Shown piece after piece: positions 54,016-64,000 of a stretch of DNA of 64,000 nucleotides; position 1 is the first letter of the stretch; every line of letters begins with the position of its first letter. A program made the translations under genes and the position numbers. The stretch comes from Stylophora pistillata (taxonomy: Eukaryota): positions 29,853 through 93,852 of the forward strand of contig NW_019217908.1 of the NCBI RefSeq assembly GCF_002571385.2, read 5' to 3'. Under the pieces are notes generated by a model, which ran no database searches, was not told where the DNA came from, and saw only the letters and a list, made by a program, of their open reading frames with translations.

Positions 54016-54741
54016 CCATCGAACCTGTACTTTACCAGCACCATATTTACCTGTCAGCTATCAAAGTCCCGAATTTGTTTTAGTTAAATCACTGTACTTG
54101 TCACTTCTATTCAGCGGTCATCTTTATTAAGCGGTAGGGGTCACCTTTCTCTGCGGCCCAACGATCTGTTTGCATTGTCTTCCACCTACATTGAAAGGTC
54201 ACTTAAAGTGAACCCCCAAATTAAACTAAGACAAATCTAATCTAGGTTTATCTTCCTAAATCAACTTGAGCAGTGTTTTTGAGCGTGTTTCTGGACACCA
54301 ACTGGTCAGTTGCGACATGAAGTGGTGTTTGTTATCGTTTTACAATACCTCTATTCTGTGGAACCTGTTAGCTTTAAGTGGACACTTTGAGACGGTTTAG
54401 ATACACTGAGCCGCTGACCTCATTGACTGTTTTTCCTTTTTTCTTTGTTGATGAGTTCGAGGAGAAAAGCACACGGCACGTTTGTATTTCGTTTTCCCTT
54501 AGTTTATTACTTTCTCCGTTATCTGGGTACGAAATACTGAATCGTTCTTTTGTTCGTTGGATAAATTGTTTGCTAGTTAATTATTTGTTAGTTTGAATGA
54601 AACAACGATACAATTCAACGCATGTCAAGAGTTTGGTTGTCCTTGATAACGGAGTAGAGACATTGGGTCTCTACAGAACCTCTATCAAGCGGTCAATTCG
54701 CCATTCTCCGCGTGTGACCGCTTTATAAGGGTCTTAGACTG
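54016..54741. mobile_element. Degenerate pogo/Tigger-type MITE
   Basis: TA-CCATCGAACC ... TTAGACTG-TA ends and repeated TATT(C/A)AGCGGTCA subterminal motifs. Confidence 0.55.
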
Positions 54742-57700
54742 TATTTACTGAAGCAAGGCATGCTACGTGGTGGTACAATATTATAGCTTCCACTTGTCTA
54801 CATGTTGTTAACATTTCTGTCATCAAGGTTACTGGAGTGATTTAGCTCTTCCAAGAAAGACCGGATTCTAGAAAGGAATGCTCCTTTACACTCGCCATCT
54901 TTTTGGTGAGAAAACATCGCACTCGGTCCGGTTTTCTTTCACAAGACCGTTGATACTGTTTACTTACTTATACATAGATCAGGAAATTTGTTCAAACGAA
55001 TGTCGATAAAACGAAGCCGGTTTTTAGAATGAATGTCGATAAAAAAGAATCGGTAAAACAAATGATAATATAACGAATTTCAGTACAACCAATGTCTAAC
55101 TATTAAAACGTAATTGAAATCGGAAAAAAACCAGTGTCCGACTAATAAAACAAATGCTGTGTAAAGTAAACAGAATGTCGAACTTGAAAGACGAGCAGAG
55201 CAGTTGAATTTTGATAATAAAAACGCGCCATCGAAATAAACACACTACACGGTGCTTCTGTCAAGAATCACAAGGCGTTTATTTGCTTGAATTAGCTGTA
55301 GTTTCTTTAAAGTTTCTTGTTTGAAGTTTCTGGCAGGTTTCACCTCGGCACCCGGTGCGTATTTTTGGTCGATTGCTCCCGGAACAATCGACCACAACGA
55401 ACTTCAAAATATTTTATATGCGTTAAAGTCATTTTTTTTTCTTCAACGACTGCAGTGATTGCCATTAAGAGGAACTCCCTCCGTGGTGTTGTGCATCAAC
55501 TAATCCAAAGGGCATAATGTAAAATCGTTCTACAACAGGCCCTCTGCACCACGTCCATAACGAAGAAAGATAAATGCAGTTACTATCTTTTTCCTGATTT
55601 AGATATCCAATGTCCAAATTTACTCTCCAGCAAGTTTTTTATTTTATTTTTTTTTTTATTACCGTGCGATCGCTAGCCTCTGATTAAAAGAAAAACGAAA
55701 AGTTTGACTGACAGTGATTTGAAAACGTCAATTACCTTCTAACGAGAATTGTTTTGATGTTAAATTAAATGCAAAACATGTCATCCCCACCTGTTCATGC
55801 CTTTGTCTGAATAACACACTGCTCCGTAAAAAAAAAAAATAATTTCAACGAATTCTAAATTCAATAATTTATTGAAGGGTTACTGAGAAACGAAGTATCA
55901 AATTTGGCGTGAATTCGGTAACAAATAGCCGCGTTAAAGTTACAATTGGCAATTTGCTTAAATATCACGCTGCTTTTCTCTGGCTTCCAACTAGACAGAA
56001 AAAAAAAAAAACAATAATGATAAAATTGTTATTGTAACATTGTTTCGCTCGATTGCTTGGACATGATTGGTTTTTTAAAAATAAAAGTTATTTTGACTGG
56101 TTGATCAACAATTGCTGCGATCATTTCATCAAAAATATCAGACTTTTTTTTCTTTTTATTTTGGAGAACTAAAGCATATGGCATACTTTTCTTCGAAACA
56201 CCAAAAATATGCTATGGTGAGTTTTTGCATGCAAAAAGGTTCGTCGACCCGAATTCTCTAATAAAAACTGCACAGGACGAAGAACATTTGATTAAAGTTT
56301 TGATTGTCAAAGGAAGGGATGGATTGGCAAAGCAAAATAGTTACGGAAATGTTGACATGGAAAAAATAAACATAAAGATATTAAACTTATTAGTTTATCA
56401 CAATACACTCTCTTGATACGAGAGCGGTGTGCCAATTTGACGACGAAATAGAAGTCTTTGCTACTTATCAGGCCATAACACCTGCAAATCCAATTGCCAA
56501 ATTTGCTTTTAGTCAAAATGTGAAGAGGTGATGCACTTTACTAGCCTTTCAAACAGCGCATTTAAGCCGAAAATTTTTTCGTTGTTATTTTTAACTACAG
56601 CTAACACACATACAATAACAGGGTTTTAGCTTGTGTTAATGGAAGCATGCCGCTGTGATGAAAGGACACCTAAAGGCGCTTTAGTCATCGCAGATACAGT
56701 GAAAAAAACATCACTGAAACACGGTCTCATCTCTCGAACTAATTTCACCCAGGTATGTAAATATACATTTGTTGTGAGATTGCAGTCTTCCAATAATAAC
56801 GAGTTCAATGTACACTTTCACGCTTTTGATAATAAGAATTTCATTTTTTCTTTACCCACAATCCCCCGCTGTTACGGTTAATAGAGAAATATTTAAGGAA
56901 TACATTTGCCGCAGTGTTGCTAAGTTAGTTCGTAAGACGTTACCGCGTGAGCCAAACAATAAAGCACAGATGGAAACAGCTGTTCCAGTAATGTGCGAGT
57001 GAACTCCGCTTAACGGATTGATCGTCTCTGGTGCCTTTCAGATTGAAGTTCGATATTAACTTGAAGAGTTCGTGTTTGGTTTGCAAGGCGAAATTTGCAT
57101 CATCCATTTAAATACGGTCAGTATTTGGCTTGTTCATTTACACTTCCTTCGAGAGAATATTTTGAGGCGAGAACTAAAATATCAGAATGCATTGTTCATC
57201 TCCTTTATTCCTGTTATCTAAGCTTTGACACGGTTGGTGAGGAAATCGATGTATAAGAACAGCTTTGGACAATTGGAACAAGTGAAGGAGAGTTGTGAAC
57301 GCGGGGTAAGACACAAATAAGACTGAACTTATCGCCGCTTGTTCCGGCAAACCCCAAAATAGACAGAGACAATTGACGTTTATGAAAAATGTTTGGAACA
57401 CGTCGACAAAATAACTCATTTAATGTAATGAATACCACTAATCTGTGTTTCATTCAAATTTGTTCCACACTTATGTTTTGGCTCGGTTTGGTTATGGTTC
57501 CTTCGTTGGACATGAACCGTGAATTTATAAACAGCGAGAACTTATGTTAAGGCTAAATCGTCAAGAGATAAGCTCATCATTGAGTTACTCATATCAAGCT
57601 CAAGATAAATTTGTCTGTAGCTTCTAATTTTTTACACGAGTCTAGCAATTTCGAGTCTTATCTTAGTCCACAAATGGTTATTGAAAAACGAGAAAAACAA

Positions 57701-59051
57701 AATACACTAAATTGCCTTGTTTCAACTCGTCATTTGACGATCTTTGCCTTATTATGAAAGCAATCAGTATCTGCTCAAATCTTCATTGGGCAAAATATGA
57801 ATTTCTTTTCAACATTAGCCCCCTAATATAAATTCCGCAGTTTTGCTTTCTATGGACATTTTTAATTGCTAAAACTTTCCTCGGGTAACCAATGTATTTT
57901 GCCACCCCATAAATCATGTATTGTTTATATTTTTCATAACAACTTGACTAAGATTTACGATGTTATTCACGTTGAAAATTTGCATAAATCTTTCCTCTGT
58001 TAAAAATCGATTAATTTCAAGAAAGAATATTACCAGAGTGAAAGGTTAAATCTGTGCTTTGTAATGAATCAAAAGCAGGCAAATTTATTTACATTAGTCT
58101 TGCAACCTCAAAACATAGGGCTCACCCCTGTTAGAAGCCGGTGAAAATAGTCAATACTTTATTATCAAACAATTCTGCAACAGCATATCGTTCTATTGAT
58201 AAAAACACACAGTCTTCGTAAGTGGAGGTTGTCACAATTGTTAGTCGCTACGCATAATGTTTCAATCACCAACATCTTCAAAATTTCGTTTGAAAATCGT
58301 GGTTTTTTCTTTGTTAAAAGCGGAAACTACAGATTCACAATATTTATATTTAAATGATATTTGATTTGATGTGCTGTATGCTATATTCAAACCAAATGAT
58401 GTTCTCGAAATAAAATTTGTTTTTGCCATCTGCTTCAACAAAAGGGCCAAGGGAGCACACTAAAGAGTTTTTTCGCGATCTGATTCTGAAAATCTTAGCC
58501 TTGTTGACGCACTCGATGCAGAGGAGTATAACCTAATCCTTCCTCACGGGGTGTTACAAAATTTGATGGATTCAAATTGCACGAGACTGTAAGAAAAAGC
58601 TTCAATAAAGTTAATTTATATTTTGCGTTATTGGTGACAACCAAACTCTGGTGATGCCTCAGCTGGGCAAACAAGACCATTGTAAAGCAGTAAGGCAAAC
58701 CTTCGTCGCTGACATGAGCCTGAGAATGCATTTAACCAAACATATCAGTCATGCATGACATGTTCCACCCCTGTATCGTGAAATCGGTAGACATCAAGAT
58801 CGGATGCTTAAACTTACCCTGACATTCAGGTCCTTTTTTAATAGAAAACAATGCCCCCCCTCCAAAAATAAAACAAATGATAAAAACGAACACCATTACT
58901 CAAACGAAATGCTTCTGAGGATGATAGCATAAGTTATCTTATGAAAAACCATAAAGCTTCCCATCACAATCGCCTACTTGCGTAACTATAACATCAATTA
59001 AGATTAAATCTTCCTCGTTATGTTTCAGGATAACAGTTCTCTCATAGAAGA

Positions 59052-59957
59052 ATGAATGACAACACTTCAGGGCCAAGTAATTCCACCTCTGCTGAAGAAG
59101 AGAAGCAAGTCATCACTTGGTGTGTTGCATATGCACTCGTAACAGTCACTATTATAGTGAACAATGTGGCAGCCATATTGGCGTTTACAAAATCACGGCT
59201 TCTAAGAAAATTCGGAAATTATTTCCTTTTCAATCTGGCAGTGGCAGATTTGATGGTTGGGACAATTGCTCTGCCGTTGTATATACATTTAATCTACATA
59301 TCACCTCCCAAAGCGCCTTTATCAACCAAACCGGGGCCTTTTCAGATTATCCAAATAGCTTTTGATGTATTTTCTGGAATGGCATCTGTCTTCATACTCA
59401 CCGTTATTTCTCTGGAAAGAGTATGCGCCATATTTTGCCCTTTGCGATATCGAAGCCTTTCAAAAACAACCTATATGGTTGTTTTAGCAGAGGCATGGAT
59501 TCTTTCGGGAGCTCTCACAGGAATATGGCTTTTGACAGTATTTGATTTTATCCATCACAATATCTTTGCGTATAGTTTGGCTATTTTATCTTTCACTTCG
59601 CTTACGTTGATGATAGCCTCTTATGTCGCCCTATGGCTGAAGATCAAAATCTGGAGCCGCAAAACGCAACAGCGAGCAACTGGAGAAAAAGAACGCAATT
59701 TAGCAATGGCTATCGCTATCATAACTGCAGTATTCTTATTGACCTGGTCACCATTTCATATCATGAATATCTTGATAAACTTTAAGAAATCTTTGCTAGA
59801 TGGGATTCCCTATGAAGCCATCTATGTCGCAAAGTTTTTACATTATAGTAACTCGATTGTTAATCCAGTGATTTACTGTTATAAAATTTCTGAATTCAGA
59901 AGAGCACTGAAGTCCTTGATTACAAGGAAACAAAAGAAAAGAGAAACAAGAGTTTGA
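59052..59957 (+). CDS. Class A GPCR orphan (301 aa)
   Basis: NLAVADLMVG, LERVC, TWSPFHIMN, HYSNSIVNPVIY, EFRRAL. N-terminal sequons. C-terminus ETRV. Confidence 0.96.
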   Translation: MNDNTSGPSNSTSAEEEKQVITWCVAYALVTVTIIVNNVAAILAFTKSRLLRKFGNYFLFNLAVADLMVGTIALPLYIHLIYISPPKAPLSTKPGPFQIIQIAFDVFSGMASVFILTVISLERVCAIFCPLRYRSLSKTTYMVVLAEAWILSGALTGIWLLTVFDFIHHNIFAYSLAILSFTSLTLMIASYVALWLKIKIWSRKTQQRATGEKERNLAMAIAIITAVFLLTWSPFHIMNILINFKKSLLDGIPYEAIYVAKFLHYSNSIVNPVIYCYKISEFRRALKSLITRKQKKRETRV

Positions 59958-60016
59958 TTCAAGTTAAGTAATGATTGTAGAATTATTATACCCACACAAA
60001 GTATTTATATCTCATA

Positions 60017-60445
60017 AATAATGGTAATTGAACTTCGTGTGGTCCAGTTTGGTCTGAAATCATATGAGTGATTTTGAATCACACGCATGATTTCAGACCA
60101 CAATTGTATGACACGAAGTTCAATTACCCCTTTAATACACCCATTTTGAAAAAGCAAAATGTGACCGCTCAGATGCAGGATTATTCAGTCTGTACAAATG
60201 GTTTATTGATTTAGTCGTGGGCTGTTTTATAGAAAGCTGCAAAAGTTGTTTTTCACTTTCCTGCAGTTTTGTTGGTTTCTTTAAACAAGCAATTGGTTGT
60301 TGTATTTAAATAAAGCTTCCAAATTGGCCCGGAAAAGGATGCGATTTATAGCAAGAAAATGGTGTGACTCGTAAATAAATCGCACCAATGGGAGCCAATC
60401 AGATTAAAGGGATCACCTGTGATTTCAAAATAGATGTAGTAAATA
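60017..60445 (-). mobile_element. Hairpin-ended non-autonomous element just 3' of the 59052 GPCR
   Basis: Segmented hairpin at 60023-60128 (18-bp and 14-bp perfect stems). Subterminal inverted repeat 60131-60151 and 60423-60443. AGCCAATCAG at 60393-60402. Confidence 0.7.
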
Positions 60446-60789
60446 AGCGAAGCGTCAATACGAGACGATTAAACCTGTTCGATCAATTCAAGGCGGTGTA
60501 ACAGTAGCCTAAGTTAACCAGTAACCTTATACTCTTTGACCTTACTGCATGTGCCATAAGCACATTCCTAATCGATTCAATAAATCATAAACAAAGCTCA
60601 TTTTACTCGTCGGCATCCACGCCTGGCTTCAGAAATTTATTGTCGCTTTTAGACCTGGCTTCTGGAGATTGTAACTGATTGGCTGATCCATCACACATTG
60701 TATGATAAGTTGAGTTATACACGCGTTATGATTAGTGTCTTATCTAGGATCTTTTAGAGGACAGACACAAAGATTACGTAATCATCAAA

Positions 60790-60887
60790 GACTCTAACAA
60801 TGGGCTAAGGCTTGAAACGTCAGTTTTTGAAACTCCTTACGGTGGCCAATTAACATTATCAACACAGTTGATAAAAATAAATTACCA
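60790..60887 (+). mobile_element. Decayed copy of the Penelope-like hammerhead fragment
   Basis: GGGCTAAGGCTTGAAACGTCAG...ACGGTGGCCAATT..CATT.TCAAC..GTTGATA aligns with 53525-53595. Confidence 0.65.
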
Positions 60888-60915
60888 TTAAAAATAATTT
60901 TCTTTTTTATCATAA

Positions 60916-61035
60916 AAAGCAAACAGGATACATGCACGTCGCCGTCGGTCTATACAGAAATAGATCACAGAAGACAACAAAATTATGACGTCATCTGTGA
61001 TCCATCAGTGAACAGACGCTCATCAACATGGAATT
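60916..61035. repeat. Decayed palindromic interspersed repeat (related copy at ~46331-46400)
   Basis: GATCACAGAAGAC ... GTCATCTGTGATC inverted core. Shares TGACGT...GAACAGACGC with the 46.3 kb copy. Confidence 0.45.
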
Positions 61036-61470
61036 ACTGAATAGCTGCACGGCATCAGGAAATGTGTTCGTCACTCGTTAAAGAGGAAATAAGCTTCCTA
61101 CCAGTGCCGAAGTCAGGAATTGGTAAAATCCAGTCTAGACTCAGCTCGAACGATATTCTTTGGTTGCTCCTTTTCCTCTGATCTTGATTTGAAGTTTGAA
61201 AGAAAAATTCGCTCGCACGCTTTCGTGGTATCGTTTAAACCATTAAGGATTATATTAAGATCATAATAGTTCAAAACTATACCTTTTGGGTGGGTCATGC
61301 CAATATATAGTTTTTACAGGGGAGGGTCACAAGCCTTACTCCGCCAAGGATTCAATTACATTCATAGTATTTAAACTCCAAACTCTAGGAGTTCGGAATT
61401 ATGAACTTTGAAAGCTCTTATTTCGGTCAATCCACTTTTCAATCTTAACAAGTGGTTAATCAGACAGGTA

Positions 61471-61564
61471 ATCTGGTTTTATTAACTGAGTTGAAAATGG
61501 AAAGAAGCCAACGTAGAGAGTTTCTGCAGCAAACGTTAAGAGGGTTAGCCCTTCGTCAAGGCGA
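61471..61564 (-). mobile_element. Third, inverted, decayed Penelope-like hammerhead fragment
   Basis: Minus strand TCGCCTTGACGAAGGGCTAACCCTCTTAACGT...CATTTTCAACTCAGTTAATAAAACCAGATTACC. Confidence 0.6.
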
Positions 61565-64000
61565 GGTGCTAAGCCCATACCATTATTCAAAGTTCAACTT
61601 TGTATTTTAATCCCTTTGATGGAGAAAAATTCAAAGGCCGGGAATTTCACTTCAACGAGCGTGAGAGGCCAATGTACAGCTTCTTGCATTCTCCCTCGGT
61701 TGCCAAGCTAACTCCTTGTTCATACACTGCAGAATTCGAGAGCTCTTTTGTTTCATAGGCACCATATACAATAGTAGTGACATAAGAGAATGGATCGGCC
61801 AGTTGAAAAAAGAAATTCCGATCTCATAAACTTGAAAACAAAGTATTTGCTTCTCGGCTTTTAAGTGATGTAGGTACTTGCTCATGATTTGCTAAAAATC
61901 ACTTTTCTCCTAATTCATAATGTTCCAGCCAAGTATGATATTACACTTGCAAGCAAGTTTATTCCTTACCAACGCCAAAAAGGAGAAATATGTAGGAATG
62001 ACAACAATGATATACACTAAAGTAATAGTTGGTATGTTATTGAGTAAGTAAAATCCATCCCTTCCAGACTTCTTTTTGTTCACACGCAATAATCAATCAG
62101 ATCTGTTATTTCGAGGTGATAACTATACCAACAAAGACTTCCGCTCTAAAATTAATTTTCGTTAAGGTAATTGCTCAATAAGGAGCAGTGAAAGCAATTT
62201 CCTAATGAAAAATACACATTGCCACAACAAGTGCCATACATAATTTGAATAATGGTTGTTTTCAGACGTAAAAAAAAAACTCTTGTCGTCTGTTTTTTCA
62301 TTCTAGAATATGGTCGATAACAATATCAACAGTATTAGAAATAAATTGATGCCTCAAAAATCTATACGAATCAATAATATTGCACACCATAGGATAAATC
62401 CTTCTGAATGCTTATTATTGTGTAAAACAGTTCCTTGAAACAACTGTGACATCTAAACCCTCTGATTGATAACGCCCGTCACACCCGGAACTATGCTAAT
62501 TAAAAGTCTCAGGACGGCATTATTTGAGTATAATTATAAAGAACTTGTAAGAACAAATAAACAGATCTAGAAATACAAACAAATATCGGCAGATTAATTA
62601 GCAACTCTTATACCTTTGATTGGCAGAGCAAAGAAACAGTTTGGTGAATCATTTTCTCGACGGATTTGATCGAGGGATTGACAGTTTTACAACTTTTTCA
62701 TCCACGACACGATACGCACAACTGATTACCAACTTTTAAAGGATTATTTTTACCCTCGTATTCACAGCGGGGTATTTATTTTGTCTTTACCTATACTTCA
62801 AGTGTAATAATAGTCGTCGCTACCAGTTTGGGCGCTCAACCCAGAATGGTGCGTCTCAGTTGATCAGACTTACGCAAGGTATGTTTAGTCGCCTAGATAT
62901 TGAGAGCGATAGAGTTAATCGACAGATAATACCCATTGGTAAAAACTCAATACTATGATTAATCTACTATGGCTTGCCCCGTGATATTGCCAGGTAAACA
63001 GTGCGTTTTGATACTACACATCACACGTTTGTGTAAACTACCTGGCTTCCGTTCGTTTGGAAGAAATTCGGTGAGGGAATCTTGATATTTGTTCATAACT
63101 TCTTTGTAATTCTTCCTAATCAGTTCTTTAACGATAAAACAAGCAAACTGAGCCGACACAATACTCTCAATTTCTCCGTCATTTTAGAAGGACTGTATGT
63201 ATTAATTCCGAGTCGCTTCTGTCTCTACAAATTGACCAATTTTACGGATATCATATAAGTACATCGCGAGTTCACTAATCCGTGCGTATTCAGACGCTCA
63301 TAGTTAACTATAATAGCTCACATGTACAGAGAAGAACACTTGGATCTACTGAAGTCTGCATCTTCTAAGGCTATTACGTAAACGAGTTCACTCTGATTTA
63401 CATTGAGAACAACTTAGAAAATTACATGTTCTGAACCGGCGCTTCGATGTATGAACAAATTTGAAAAGCCTTCAATATGTGAAGGGGAAATTATTTTCTT
63501 TTCCACTGACTACAAGATTGCTTTGCCTTCTTAAGTTCCCGAGAAGCGTGGCGCCCGTTTAATTTCATGTGTGAGAGTACCCTTATGTCAAAATCCCTCC
63601 ATTTGAAGTACGTGTTATCGCTGCGCTTTTTGGAACAATCTAAATATTTAACTCAATCAAATCATTCCATAATTCCACTAACATTGCCCTAAATGGTCAA
63701 ATCATAATAACAAAGAGCAATATGGATTAGGAGTCCTTTAGCTCTGAAAAGGGTAAATGAACTTGATTTCTGGTAAAGAAAACGGAATACGGACATCATG
63801 ATTTAGTCATGTGTTTAGTTTGGCCCACATTTAGCTCACAGTCAATTACCCGATACAAAAGCAGGCATTAAAAGGATGTATGGAAAAGCATAGTAGGAGT
63901 TATTGCTACTTGAACCCTTCAAGGATCGTAAATTTTCCTTAAATCTGTCAGTTGCTTACCTTACCGTGACTAGATTTTTGGAAATATTACCCCCTCCGGT

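Noticed and set aside
6825-59365. Numerous 60-105 aa ORFs overlapping or antisense to the GPCR CDSs
   Set aside because: Shadow frames of real coding sequence with no independent motifs.
11383-59957. Conserved TM7 lysine suggesting opsins
   Set aside because: The Lys is at 7.39, four residues before the retinal-binding 7.43 position, which is Tyr in all members.

Overview
AT-rich eukaryotic genomic DNA, most likely from a cnidarian such as a stony coral (inferred from the repeat types and receptor family, not proven). The window is a tandem array of single-coding-exon class A (rhodopsin-family) GPCR genes: six intact ORFs (11383+, 13989-, 40918+, 47137+, 52358+, 59052+), one gene with a single frameshift (6418-7417), one decayed pseudogene (3344-4181), an orphan C-terminal tail remnant (~2745-2983), and evidence for another paralogue just upstream of base 1. 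The receptors share an unusual combination: aminergic-type Asp3.32/Tyr7.43, a basic Lys/Arg7.39, an adenosine-A2A-like TM6-ECL3 (Asn6.55 in the six intact genes, ECL3 Cys pair in five), no TM3-ECL2 disulfide and a very short ECL2. Nearly all have a splice acceptor just before the ATG. The intergenic DNA holds TA-flanked MITEs, a CR1/L2-type LINE with an assembly gap, a tRNA-derived SINE fragment, several hairpin-ended non-autonomous elements, Penelope-type hammerhead-ribozyme remnants, and a ~0.9-1 kb inverted duplication upstream of the 40918 gene. No rRNA, true tRNA gene, CRISPR array or prokaryotic operon was seen. All alignments and identity figures are by eye.
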